Below are positions 29,639-40,076 of a stretch of 64,000 nucleotides of DNA, in pieces; position 1 is the first letter of the stretch, and each line of letters opens with the position of its first letter. The position numbers and the translations under genes were made by a program. Origin of the DNA: Sedimentisphaerales bacterium (GTDB taxonomy: Bacteria > Planctomycetota > Phycisphaerae > Sedimentisphaerales > SM23-30); the NCBI GenBank assembly GCA_963666285.1, contig OY762711.1, one strand, 5' to 3'. Under the pieces are notes generated by a model that was not told the DNA's origin, searched no databases, and was given only the letters and a program-made list of their open reading frames with translations.

Positions 29639-31813
29639 ATGAGAAAATTATTGACTTTGTTATTTACTCTAACGCTTACCTCAATATCTGCTGTTGCTGC
29701 GGATCTGTCACTGCCGACTATATTTACAGATCATATGGTTCTGCAGCGTCAGCAGCCTGTTCCGGTATGGGGCAAAGCTTCTTCCGGCGCACTGGTAAAA
29801 GTTGAATTTGCCGGGCAGCAGCTTAGCGATACTGCCGATAAGGAAGGATCATGGCGAGTTGATTTGTCGCCATTAAAGGCGTCAAAGCAATCAAGGGCAT
29901 TGGTGGTAAGCTCTGGTGATGATAAAGTAGTAATAAATGATGTGCTTGTCGGCGAGGTCTGGCTTTGTTCCGGGCAGTCTAATATGGAATGGCCGATGCA
30001 CGGCAGTGAAAATGCCGCTGCTGAGATTGCTGCTGCTAATTACCCGGCGATCCGACTTTATAAAACTCCGCTGATTCCGTCCGTCAAACCGATGGAAAGA
30101 ATAAATTCCAAATGGCAGGTTTGTTCGCCGGATACTGTCAGATCTTTTTCGGCGGTCTCTTATTTCTTCGGCAGGAAGATTCATAATGATCTCGATGTTC
30201 CTGTTGGTTTGCTGCTCAGTGCCTGGGGCGGTACCAGGATAGAGCCTTGGACTCCCGCTTGTGGGTTTGAAGGCATTGATTCTTTGTCTGATATAAATAA
30301 CATGGTACAGAAAACACTGCCCGGCTGCCCCGAATATAAAAAGAGTTATAGCGAATATCTGAAGCAGCTTGACCAGTGGCAAAAAGATGCTGCCATTGCA
30401 ATTCAAAATAATGAATATGTACCCGACCATCCTGTATTAGCAAGAGATGTTGTTCTTGGCGGCGACCAACAGACAGCCACCAAACTTTACAATGGTATGC
30501 TCTATGCTCATGTGCCATTTGCTATAAAAGGTGCTATATGGTACCAGGGCGAATCGAATCATGGCGAAGGATTGTTATATGTTGACAAAACCAGGGCATT
30601 ACTCAATGGATGGCACAAAGTATGGGGCTATGATTTTCCTTACTATTTTGTTCAGATAGCTCCGTATCAATATGGTCAGGAAGACCCGGAAATTCTTGCT
30701 GAATTCTGGGAAGCTCAGGCCAGGATAGTTGAAACTATTCCCAATACCGGCATGGCAGTTGTCAGTGATTATACTACTTTGAATAATATCCATCCGCCAA
30801 ATAAAGTTGTTCCGGGCGAGCGTTTGGCCTTACTGGCTGAAGCTGATACTTATGGCATGGATGTTATCAGTACCGGTCCCGTTTTCAAAAAACTGGAAAA
30901 ACAAACCGGTGCACTTAAAATTTATTTCGATGCTGCTGAAGGTTTAACTACTCGTGATGGCAAGTCTCCTGACTGGTTTGAAGTTGCCGGTAGGGACAGG
31001 GTATTCAAAAAGGCAGATGCTGTTATTGACGGTAACGCCGTAATACTTACCTCTAAAGAAGTGTCTGAGCCGCTGGCTATGAGATTTGCCTGGCATAAAC
31101 TTGCTACTCCAAACCTGGTTAATAAAGCCGGTATTCCCGCGGCAGCCTTCAGAGCCGGCAAACTGCCCGTTACAAAGAACCCGGATATTTCTCAGTTGCC
31201 AGAAGCCGATGGATATCGTGTTGTCTACCAGGTAGAGGTTCCTTTTAATGCGAATTACGACCACAGCTTGCCAGGTTACACTGTCAACAATAGCAGCAAT
31301 ACCGGTAGCTTTGACAAGGTGGCGTATTTCTATGAACTCATCGGGAAAGATGGAATGGAGAAATACGCATTTGCATCTATGGAGAAATTCACTGATGATC
31401 TAAAGAAAATCGGCATACCGGTTTATTCCAGCAAGTCCTACTTCTTTAAAAAGGTTAATAACCTGACTGTAAGAAGTAATGTTCCCGGCGTGACCGCCTG
31501 TACCAATTCTGACGGTGGTAATATTGAATTCAGTCCGAGTAACTATGGCCAGGGCAATTCTGGCAGTATTCCTGGTGCTTCAAGTGATCGTTATGATTTT
31601 GGCGATGACAGCCCCGGCAATGCAACCGGCTATGGCAGTATGCAGGTTCATAACTGGAAAGAAAAACAGACTGTCTTTGCCCTCAACCATTGGGGCACTT
31701 CAGGTGTGCTTGATGTTGGTATCGGCAGCTCAAAAAAAGGTAATCCGGACTGGACCTTCGAAAATAATGCTGACAGGTATATGACTATTCGCCTTACAGT
31801 ATTGGTTAAATAA
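29639..31813 (+). CDS. Sialate O-acetylesterase family protein with extra C-terminal domain
   Basis: Signal peptide; DHMVLQR, GEVWLCSGQSNM, WYQGESN, NIHP. Confidence 0.9.
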   Translation: MRKLLTLLFTLTLTSISAVAADLSLPTIFTDHMVLQRQQPVPVWGKASSGALVKVEFAGQQLSDTADKEGSWRVDLSPLKASKQSRALVVSSGDDKVVINDVLVGEVWLCSGQSNMEWPMHGSENAAAEIAAANYPAIRLYKTPLIPSVKPMERINSKWQVCSPDTVRSFSAVSYFFGRKIHNDLDVPVGLLLSAWGGTRIEPWTPACGFEGIDSLSDINNMVQKTLPGCPEYKKSYSEYLKQLDQWQKDAAIAIQNNEYVPDHPVLARDVVLGGDQQTATKLYNGMLYAHVPFAIKGAIWYQGESNHGEGLLYVDKTRALLNGWHKVWGYDFPYYFVQIAPYQYGQEDPEILAEFWEAQARIVETIPNTGMAVVSDYTTLNNIHPPNKVVPGERLALLAEADTYGMDVISTGPVFKKLEKQTGALKIYFDAAEGLTTRDGKSPDWFEVAGRDRVFKKADAVIDGNAVILTSKEVSEPLAMRFAWHKLATPNLVNKAGIPAAAFRAGKLPVTKNPDISQLPEADGYRVVYQVEVPFNANYDHSLPGYTVNNSSNTGSFDKVAYFYELIGKDGMEKYAFASMEKFTDDLKKIGIPVYSSKSYFFKKVNNLTVRSNVPGVTACTNSDGGNIEFSPSNYGQGNSGSIPGASSDRYDFGDDSPGNATGYGSMQVHNWKEKQTVFALNHWGTSGVLDVGIGSSKKGNPDWTFENNADRYMTIRLTVLVK

Positions 31814-31938
31814 AAGATATATATGAAAATGTCCGTTCGAACGTGTCGTAAATAATAATGTTATTGTTATTTGCCTTCCGGGCGATCGGACAAAATCATA
31901 CACTCCTGTGTGTATAATTTATCGATAGAAAGATATTA

Positions 31939-32964
31939 ATGAAGTCATTAATGGAATATGATAAGGCCGGCTTTGAAAAGCTTGCAGTTGAGATCGGTAT
32001 CCCCAAATTCCGGGCCGGGCAGCTGCTGCAGTGGGTATTCGAAAAGCGGGCGGCCGGTTTCGATGATATGACCAACTTGTCGAAAGATCTGCGGGCAAAA
32101 CTCGCCGAATCTTATACCGTCCGTACTGCCGAGGTTATTGATGAAGTTACCTGCAAAGACGGCACCCGCAAGTTCCTGGTCAAATGGCCTGACGGTGTCC
32201 TTACCGAAACGGTACTAATGGCCTATCATGACCGCAATACAGTTTGTATCTCTACCCAGTCCGGTTGTCCGGTTCGATGTACTTTCTGTGCCAGCGGTCA
32301 GCATGGCTTGCAGCGAAATCTTACAAGCGGCGAGATTATCGAACAGGTAATACTCGCCGCTGATAAGCTCGAAGATGGCAAAAGACTTAGTAATGTTGTT
32401 ATTATGGGAATGGGCGAGCCGTTTGCCAATTATGAAAATACCGGCAAGGCTATAACTGCTATAAATGCCGATTGGGGGCTGGCGATAGGTGCCCGCCATA
32501 TTACAATCAGTACCATCGGTATCCCCGAACGGATTATAAAGTTTGCCGAGGATTTCCCACAGGTAACCCTGGCAGTCAGTCTGCATGCACCGAACGATGC
32601 CTTGCGACAGGAGCTGATACCATGGGCCCAAAAATATCCGCTGAAAGATCTGATGGATGCTGTCGCCGAATATTATGACCTCACCCATCGCGAAGTTACC
32701 ATGGAATATGTACTGCTGGACGGTGTTAACTGTCTGCCCAAACATGCCGAGCAGCTGGCAAAGTTGATCAGACCGTTCCGGTGCAATGTCAACCTGATAA
32801 ACTATAATACCGTATTAGAGAGCGGCCATCGTCCTGCCGGCGAAAAGGCCGTGGCAAACTTCATGGATATTCTCACTCAGCGAGGAGTGAATGTCCACTT
32901 GCGTCAGTCGAAAGGCTCCGATATCAATGCTGCCTGCGGTCAGCTGCGTAATTCTGGAAAATAG
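31939..32964 (+). CDS. rlmN: 23S rRNA/tRNA m2A methyltransferase RlmN
   Basis: CISTQSGCPVRCTFC, MGMGEP, SLHAP, INAACGQL. Confidence 0.96.
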   Translation: MKSLMEYDKAGFEKLAVEIGIPKFRAGQLLQWVFEKRAAGFDDMTNLSKDLRAKLAESYTVRTAEVIDEVTCKDGTRKFLVKWPDGVLTETVLMAYHDRNTVCISTQSGCPVRCTFCASGQHGLQRNLTSGEIIEQVILAADKLEDGKRLSNVVIMGMGEPFANYENTGKAITAINADWGLAIGARHITISTIGIPERIIKFAEDFPQVTLAVSLHAPNDALRQELIPWAQKYPLKDLMDAVAEYYDLTHREVTMEYVLLDGVNCLPKHAEQLAKLIRPFRCNVNLINYNTVLESGHRPAGEKAVANFMDILTQRGVNVHLRQSKGSDINAACGQLRNSGK

Positions 32965-33011
32965 ATATCTATTTTACGCTTTCAAACTGGCCGTCGGTAA
33001 GTTTGAGCAAT

Positions 33012-33044
33012 AAAAAAACCGGCAGCAGGACCGCTGTCGGTTTT
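33012..33044. terminator. Bidirectional intrinsic terminator between convergent rlmN and PilZ gene
   Basis: AAAACCGGCAGC/GCTGTCGGTTTT. Confidence 0.75.
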
Positions 33045-33178
33045 GAAGAACGAATGGTTTTCATGTTCTTTGTTAGTTTATTAAAAAGTTAAGCAAGTTT
33101 GCCGCTTTGCGGCTCTCAATTTCTATTCTTTTTATTTTACACGTTACACTTTCAAACTTTACATCGGTAAGTTTGAGT

Positions 33179-33547
33179 TTATGCCGGCATTGTGTAATAT
33201 TTATCTTCAATTGGCTGGTGTAGCTTAAGTGCAATTTTTTTGCTGCCGTGTTTGCCCTGGTCAACCCTTATAACTTCGGCCCAGCCTTTATAGTCACCCA
33301 TATCGAACATATTACTGTCACCTTTAGGGTAGCTGAACCTTGTCAGCATCTGATGTCCTTTTTCGATAGGGGTATCATCTGGAACTGTTACTGCGATTGC
33401 ACTTTTTGAAAGGTCTACCGCTTTTGCACGATACATAATATCATTTGCTTCTCTCTCATGCCCCACCCAAACCGGCCAAAAAAATCTTACTCTTTTTTCT
33501 CTTCTTTTGTCTGGTGAGTCAGTTTTCATAGTCTGCATTGTTTTCAA
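33179..33547 (-). CDS. PilZ domain protein
   Basis: DKRREKRV and DLSKSA motifs; start uncertain (33547/33538/33529). Confidence 0.75.
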   Translation of the reverse strand: MKTMQTMKTDSPDKRREKRVRFFWPVWVGHEREANDIMYRAKAVDLSKSAIAVTVPDDTPIEKGHQMLTRFSYPKGDSNMFDMGDYKGWAEVIRVDQGKHGSKKIALKLHQPIEDKYYTMPA

Positions 33548-33949
33548 ACTCCCGTGTTCTGCTAAAAATTACAATTATTATATTCCTCAATCGAATCCTA
33601 AACGTCATATTTGATCGCCCTGATTTGAGCGTTTTTTTCGTTACCGGTTATGTCTGTCCAATCGGAAAAGCGCAAAGGCCAGTTGAGAACAAAAATAAGA
33701 TTTTTTAGAAAAAATAAATTAAATACGTTTAGGCGAAAATCACCAGTTATTGAAGGCAAAAATATCTTGTAATGATAATCAAAAAATTTTTATTCGGACT
33801 TAAGGTTGGTTTTTGGGGGAATCTGGTAGTTCAACTACCGGTTGGTTATCAATATCTATACGAAACCCGGCATTAACCTGTTCAAATGTTATGTTGAAAT
33901 GATGTTAGTTATGACGATAATGGTTAAAAGAATATAATTATTAACTATT

Positions 33950-34768
33950 ATGATAGGCTTAAGTATGAATTGTAAAAAAATAGCTTTAATTTCAGGTTTT
34001 ATGCTGCTTTTCTGGTGCGGCGGCTGCCAAAACGCCGGTCAGTCAGATGCCGGTTCAATGATGAATGTTGCTCAGGATCGATATAATCGCTCTGATTATG
34101 CCGGAACTGTTAATGCTCTCTCCGGCCTGCTCACCGATAATATCTCAACCGCCGAACGTGCAAGGGGCTATTATCTCCGCGGGCTCGCATTTCGAGAACT
34201 CGGCGGAACCGATATCGCCCGGGCAGAACAGGATCTAAAACTGGCTATCCGATATAGCGAATCAAATAAGCTGACCGCACTTGCTAACGTTGCTCTCGGT
34301 CACATTTGTTTCGAATCTGACCCGCCAGAAAGCTTCCGTGCCGTCAGCTACTATCAGAACGCCTTGCATGACAAAGCCGATATCCCCATGGATGTGGTTC
34401 TGTATCGGCTGGGCGTTTCTCTCCAACAGAGTGGTAAGTGGGCCGAAGGCCAGAAATTCCTGCGCAGATGTATTGCCGAGCACCCTCAGAGCGTATATGC
34501 CCGCAAAGCACGCGGCGATGCCGGCACAGGCTCAGTCAGCAGCGGTCAATACAGCCTGCAGGTCGGGGTATACTCCCAGATGTCTAATGCCCAGGCGGCT
34601 GTCAATAAACTGGCAGGTTACGGATGGGACGCCCAGATTGAACTCATCACCAGCGGTGGCGTGAAATATGCCGTACGCGCAGGTAGTTATCAGACCTACG
34701 ACCAGGCACGCAAAAAGCTATCAGAACTAAAACGCGTCTGGCCTGAAGCTTTTATCACGACGAAATAG
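33950..34768 (+). CDS. TPR and SPOR domain lipoprotein
   Basis: Lipobox-like GGC; TPR helices; C-terminal YSLQVGVY..NA..YAVRAGSY..AFI SPOR domain. Confidence 0.85.
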   Translation: MIGLSMNCKKIALISGFMLLFWCGGCQNAGQSDAGSMMNVAQDRYNRSDYAGTVNALSGLLTDNISTAERARGYYLRGLAFRELGGTDIARAEQDLKLAIRYSESNKLTALANVALGHICFESDPPESFRAVSYYQNALHDKADIPMDVVLYRLGVSLQQSGKWAEGQKFLRRCIAEHPQSVYARKARGDAGTGSVSSGQYSLQVGVYSQMSNAQAAVNKLAGYGWDAQIELITSGGVKYAVRAGSYQTYDQARKKLSELKRVWPEAFITTK

Positions 34769-34777
34769 GGGGGTAGA

Positions 34778-35147
34778 ATGAGTGTCCAAAAAGAAAATCA
34801 CGTTATTGAGTGGAAAGAATCCTGGAAAGATGATCAAAAGAGCTGGGATATTACTTTTTCATCCTGATCCTGTCATAAGTTACCGTCAAGGCGGAGTTTA
34901 TGTGGAATTTAACTTTGTTGCAGTTGAGGGTTCTATAGGGTTGGCAGATGGGTTGGCAGATAGCCAGCAGAAGATTGTTGAGCTGATAATTGGAAATCCA
35001 AGAATATCGAAACGAGAGATGAGCGAGAAAATAGGAATAAGTACTACCGCTATTGATAAAAATATTAGCATGTTGAAGAAAAAAAGAATTTTGACCAGGG
35101 TAGGATCTGCCAAAAGAGGCTACTGGCAGGTAAGTAGACATGAGTAG
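34778..35147 (+). pseudogene. Internally deleted AlbA/Schlafen-like ATP-binding transcription regulator remnant
   Basis: ATG 34778 gives MSVQKENHVIEWKESWKD; another frame gives KRAGILLFHPDP and C-terminal wHTH ..LTRVGSAKRGYWQV. Confidence 0.65.
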
Positions 35148-35248
35148 CTAATAATGCTATATATGGTTTTGTAAAATTGATATACATATGGGTTATTGTA
35201 TGAAAAAGGAGAAGTTTCAATGTATTTTTACCTTGAGAGAAGGAAAAT

Positions 35249-36502
35249 ATGAGTGAAGAAAATATAAATCTGTCAGCAGAACATGATAACGATGCCGAAG
35301 CTCGAATAATCGCCGAAAAACTCTACCGTATATTTAAGAGTTATGTAAGTATCTGTTTTATTGGTATGTTTTTTATTGCCCTGGTATATATCGGGTTGCT
35401 TTTGGTGGTAGTGATGGGGCTGGTCAATATATTTCGATTACAGGATTATTATCTGAAACTAAAGACGCTTAATTCCAGACCATTGTTTAGAGAATCAGGC
35501 CTGCCGCTGGCTATAAGTATGCTATTGGTCTTAACTTTTCCACTGGCATTCTTTGGGCTGTCAGTAGCTATGTTTGGTTTTGCTAGATACGATATTTATG
35601 CTGGCAGTGATTTAAGAGTTACTTATGAAGCTCTTGAGAAGTATGCAGAAAATAATAATGGTTTATATCCACATCAAAACTGGCGGGAAGAACTTATTTA
35701 TAAAGAGGATGAGGGATATGAGTTTGGACAAAAGGATTATGTTTGCCTGAATCTGGCGGCACTATCTCTCGGAAATGATATGCCTGATAATATGGTTCTA
35801 GGGTTCAGTACTTATGAAAAGTGCGATGCTGTTGGTGTATATGATATTGACAAGCACTACAGAAATGGCTTACTTTGGGTTATTTGGGGCGATGGTACAA
35901 CCAAAGCTGTTAGTTGCTCACAGGTTAATCTGCTCAGGTGGAACCTCGAAGATGAATACGGACTAAAGCTTAATTATGTTGGTATATTTTCTGTTTGTAC
36001 TATTGTGATTTTATTAGCAGTTGGAGTCATTATTAAATATCGAAAGATTTTTATTGGCAATTGTGGTGTTATATTTGGTATTTCATTACTTGCTGTTTTA
36101 GCCGGTGCTGCTTTGGGTATTGTGTCTTTGAAGTATTATAGTTGGTATTGCCACGATTATTACGGAGGTGCTCCGCTTTATCAGGCAGCTTTGGCTGGCG
36201 GGTTTATGGCAGGAATATTTGCGCTCGCTTATATGCCGCTAATGATTGCATTTAGAAACGGCAGTAGTTATAAACATGCAGAACCATGGATTACTGTCTA
36301 CGGCTCTATCACTGGCATCTTGTGTTCCTGTGCCGTTCATATGGTGTTAAGGTATATCTGCTTTGAAAGTTCTTTTATCTCGGTTATTGCAGGAATCCCA
36401 TTTGGAGCTTGGGCAGGCATGGTTATTGGCAGACAGACAGGTTTATCTTTGGACAAAAAACACAATAAACTACTCGCAAAAATTGAGGCTAATAATGAGT
36501 AA
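35249..36502 (+). CDS. Multi-pass membrane protein of unknown function (paralog 1)
   Basis: Several TM segments around a soluble domain; AAGGA RBS; paralog of next gene. Confidence 0.8.
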   Translation: MSEENINLSAEHDNDAEARIIAEKLYRIFKSYVSICFIGMFFIALVYIGLLLVVVMGLVNIFRLQDYYLKLKTLNSRPLFRESGLPLAISMLLVLTFPLAFFGLSVAMFGFARYDIYAGSDLRVTYEALEKYAENNNGLYPHQNWREELIYKEDEGYEFGQKDYVCLNLAALSLGNDMPDNMVLGFSTYEKCDAVGVYDIDKHYRNGLLWVIWGDGTTKAVSCSQVNLLRWNLEDEYGLKLNYVGIFSVCTIVILLAVGVIIKYRKIFIGNCGVIFGISLLAVLAGAALGIVSLKYYSWYCHDYYGGAPLYQAALAGGFMAGIFALAYMPLMIAFRNGSSYKHAEPWITVYGSITGILCSCAVHMVLRYICFESSFISVIAGIPFGAWAGMVIGRQTGLSLDKKHNKLLAKIEANNE

Positions 36503-37583
36503 TGAAAAAGAAAATCAATGTAATGAAGGTATGCATTTAATGTATAATAATCGGAACTTTCTTGTTGAATTTATTCTACCAATTGTATGCGTAGTTATTC
36601 TTTTTTTTATAACAATCCAGATAAGTTTTTCAAATAATGTAAGTAAAGGGCATTGGGATAGAGTTTTAACGTCATACGGTGTAGGTAGTATCGAAAACTT
36701 TCGTCACGTATATTTTGCTTTAAATGATTATATCAAAAAGCATGACGGCAGGTATCCGCAAGGGGATTGGTACAAAGAGCTATTTGGCGATCTATCTTTA
36801 GATGAGTTTGGTGATCCCGGAGTTGTCTTTAATCCTCTGGCATTAGAGCTTGGTGACAAAATGCCTGATGATATGGTTATGTGTTGGACTTGTGAAGGCG
36901 GCTGGGGCAAAACCGAAGTATACGATCCTGCTGTACATAAAGTCGGTAAAAACGGATTGTGTTATATCCCTAAACATTACATGACAAATATCAGCTATAG
37001 CAATCTAGATCATGTACAATATTTGCGGTGGACATTGGATGAACCGCCACAACCTGTGCTGGACAATTACAAAGTTAATACTATATATGTTGTTACATTT
37101 TCAGTTCTTGGAGTATTTTGGCTTACCTGTTACCGGCAATTTAAAAACAATAATAAAATAGTATTTACAATTGCAATTATTACTTTTATTGTTGGGTTTC
37201 TTTTTGCAGGTTTTTCTGCAACATTATATAGATTTGATGATAATTTTGTTAACAAGTATGTTGATGTAGGAGAAGGTTCGCTCTTTTTAATCTATTTGCT
37301 TTTTGGAATAGTATATACCTTACTCATTGCCAGGCTGCGCCAGTGGTTCAAATATAAAAGATTCGTAATGTGGGTTATATTTCTTGGTGCGATAACCGGT
37401 ATTTGTTGTAGTTGTGTTATACATATGCTTCTTAGATATTATTATTTTATCGATTCGTATGGTCCGCTATTTTACGGCTTGCCTTTTGGGCTGTTTGCTG
37501 GTATTTTCCTTGGTCTAATAACCGGCCTCTGGCTTGACCGTAAACACAATAAGCAACTCCCAGAAACAAAATCTGAGATATGA
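36495..37583 (+). CDS. Multi-pass membrane protein of unknown function (paralog 2)
   Basis: Start overlaps previous stop; shares ITGI.CSC..HM.LRY and TGL.LD.KHNK. Confidence 0.8.
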   Translation: MSNEKENQCNEGMHLMYNNRNFLVEFILPIVCVVILFFITIQISFSNNVSKGHWDRVLTSYGVGSIENFRHVYFALNDYIKKHDGRYPQGDWYKELFGDLSLDEFGDPGVVFNPLALELGDKMPDDMVMCWTCEGGWGKTEVYDPAVHKVGKNGLCYIPKHYMTNISYSNLDHVQYLRWTLDEPPQPVLDNYKVNTIYVVTFSVLGVFWLTCYRQFKNNNKIVFTIAIITFIVGFLFAGFSATLYRFDDNFVNKYVDVGEGSLFLIYLLFGIVYTLLIARLRQWFKYKRFVMWVIFLGAITGICCSCVIHMLLRYYYFIDSYGPLFYGLPFGLFAGIFLGLITGLWLDRKHNKQLPETKSEI

Positions 37584-38008
37584 TAAATCCTGCCTGGGCG
37601 ATATCAATGAATTAATACTGGTTGTTAATATGTAAAGTGTAACATTGTCTGGGATAATACTTTAAGTCATTTTTAGCCGAATGCTCTTTTTGATTCATCC
37701 AGGATTTTCTTGACTATTTCATGGCATACGGAATAGAATTGATATTATAGCTTCAATAAATTTTTCAGCTTTGATTTTCTCACTGGTTCACTGGATTTAG
37801 CCTATGATATAAGTCTCGCAATGAAAAGACGTTAAAATATATTCCGTGTCAGGCAAACACTAATAATTGGATAGCTCTTTATATACTTCCGAGAAATAGC
37901 TCGGAGATACAATTATAAGTTATGTTTTTCATTCACAAGGTCCTGTAAGACCTTTGCGTGTAATGTAAAACGGTCATAAAGTGCAAAATCGCACCAAGGA
38001 GAAAGCTT

Positions 38009-38710
38009 ATGAAAAATACTGTAAGATATGTGATTGGGGTGGCTGTGGTTATGTTTCTGGTCTCATTTTCCTCAGCTGCCGTAACTACCATTAATGGTTT
38101 TGATTTTGATCTGGACCAGTTCATCGGGGCTTCTGTAACTTATCGTCCCGACGGCTCGGTATCGTTCGACGGAAAAACCTGGGACCAGGCAACAGGCACA
38201 GATGGTTACACCCTTGGCGAACTGGCGGCCGGTCAGTATGGCTCAGACCCAGGCGATCAGGTTTCACTCAATGACAGATCTACCCCGGATTGGCTCCAGT
38301 TGAATTATGCTGCTCCTATCACGATCAGCTCAAGTCTGCATACCCTGGTAATTTATGAGATTTCCAGTTACCCCGGCTATGTTGATCTGGAAGGTGTCAG
38401 TTTCAATATCAAACTCAACGGTGGAACGCTTATTCCTGCTGCTGTCGGCATTGCCACGCCATTTGATATTCCGGGTACAGAAGCTACCAACCAGATAGTT
38501 TTTGACCTGTATTCTTTCGGCTTTACCGATGGCGACTATCTTAGTACTGTTTATATCGAAAATATTGACTCCGGCAGTAGTACGTCCGATCCGGACTTTA
38601 TTTTCGCCGGTGTCGCTTCAACGGCAGCAGCTGTTCCCGCTCCTTCTGCTATTTTACTCGGCGGGTTAGGTGTGGCCGCTGTTGGACGAATTAAGAGAAT
38701 ATCTTGTTGA
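38009..38710 (+). CDS. PEP-CTERM-like (VPAP variant) secreted protein
   Basis: AAGGAG RBS; signal peptide; C-terminal VPAPSAILLGGLGVAAVGRIKR. Confidence 0.85.
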   Translation: MKNTVRYVIGVAVVMFLVSFSSAAVTTINGFDFDLDQFIGASVTYRPDGSVSFDGKTWDQATGTDGYTLGELAAGQYGSDPGDQVSLNDRSTPDWLQLNYAAPITISSSLHTLVIYEISSYPGYVDLEGVSFNIKLNGGTLIPAAVGIATPFDIPGTEATNQIVFDLYSFGFTDGDYLSTVYIENIDSGSSTSDPDFIFAGVASTAAAVPAPSAILLGGLGVAAVGRIKRISC

Positions 38711-38732
38711 GAAGCTAAATTTAGTTTCTTTA

Positions 38733-38765
38733 AGGGCCGTGGCGCTTTGCTCCCGGTCCTTTTTT
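38733..38765 (+). terminator. Intrinsic terminator
   Basis: AGGGCCG/CGGTCCT stem plus T-run. Confidence 0.55.
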
Positions 38766-38841
38766 CTTGGTTTCTTCTTGTCTGCTAAAGCCATATCCAT
38801 AAAATAGCAACCTGTATTGAAACTTTTTTTGCAGGTATTTT

Positions 38842-39231
38842 ATGGATAGCAATGAGAACGCATGTTACCTCGCCGTTTACGGCACACTCAAGCAGGGCGG
38901 GTTGTACAATCATATTATCGCCGCATGCGGCCGGTATGTCGATACCCGTCGCATCAGCGGCTGGCAGATGTATGACAATCATGGTAATTATCCCTATGCT
39001 GTACCCGGTAGTATCAATGATATTATAGTGGTTGAGCTTTGGCAGATCCCGTCGGAGCTGCTCACCAAAGTTGACGCACTCGAGGATTACCCCGGCTATT
39101 ACCGGCGTACCCAACTCCAATTTGAGCTCGAAGCCGACAAAACCGTATATGCCTGGTTTTACTTTGTCGATGAAAATCAGGTGCAAGGTCTCCCCAGAAT
39201 TCATACCGGCAACTGGGAAACGGACCTCTAA
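38842..39231 (+). CDS. Gamma-glutamylcyclotransferase family protein
   Basis: AVYGTLKQG..N, VDALEDYPGYYRR, AWFY. Confidence 0.88.
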   Translation: MDSNENACYLAVYGTLKQGGLYNHIIAACGRYVDTRRISGWQMYDNHGNYPYAVPGSINDIIVVELWQIPSELLTKVDALEDYPGYYRRTQLQFELEADKTVYAWFYFVDENQVQGLPRIHTGNWETDL

Positions 39232-39360
39232 TTATCTTGCCCAACGATATTGGCAATCCACTCTACAATTAGCTTTACCCTAATTTTGCAAAAGTTCAGT
39301 TAATAAAACACGAGCAGTAGCGAGTTACCTTATATATTATTGGTTATCGATGGTTCTCTT

Positions 39361-39474
39361 TTAGGCGTTAGCCGTTTAAAACAAGCCGTCCGCGAATGCG
39401 GACACATCAACTCTTCCCTCTTACTTTTTACCTTTTACCTCTCCCCTCTCGCTTCTAACTCTTACCATCCTTCA
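39361..39474. repeat. Composite intergenic repeat; homologous parts at 41589-41672 and 41020-41056
   Basis: AGGCGT.AGCCGTTTAAAA.AAG...GACACATCAA.TCTT plus CTCTTACTTTTTACC heptamer tract. Confidence 0.7.
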
Positions 39475-39627
39475 TTAACTTCACTTCCTTCATGGTCAAA
39501 AAATATTCTTTGCGAGCTTTGCGAGAGACAAAAATACAAAACACATTCATCTCGCAAACCATGTCTGGTCCTGTGATAAGTTGTCACATTATAGATTTAA
39601 TGTTTTAACAAATAACAGGAGACAACA

Positions 39628-40047
39628 ATGTTGGTAAGTAAACGAACTTATAATCGCTACAGCGAAGCCTTTAAATTACAGGTGGTAAATGATCTTGAAT
39701 CTGGTAAGCTAAGCAGTATTTATGAGGCTAATTCCCGCTATGGGATTTCTGGTACAACAACAGTAAAGAGTTGGCTAAGAAAATATGGCCGTAACCATTT
39801 GATACCAAAGGTGATACGCGTGGAAAAACTAGATGAACAAGATCATGTAAAGAAGTTAGAATCAGAGATTAAGCAGCTTAAAGAAGCGTTAGCAGACAGC
39901 CATATAGAGAATATTGTAAGTGAAGCCAGGTTTCAGGTTATTTGTAAAGAATACGGGCTGGATCCCGAGGAGTATAAAAAAAAAGTCGATACCAAACGGT
40001 TCAACAAGCGTCCGAGGCAACCGTTGAAAAGAAAGAGGAAAAAATAG
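39628..40047 (+). CDS. IS3 OrfA (HTH)
   Basis: RYSEAFKLQVV HTH and leucine zipper; A9G slippery site at 39976-39985. Confidence 0.9.
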   Translation: MLVSKRTYNRYSEAFKLQVVNDLESGKLSSIYEANSRYGISGTTTVKSWLRKYGRNHLIPKVIRVEKLDEQDHVKKLESEIKQLKEALADSHIENIVSEARFQVICKEYGLDPEEYKKKVDTKRFNKRPRQPLKRKRKK

Positions 40048-40076
40048 CGATAACTTCCTTATGCAAAGCTGTTGGC

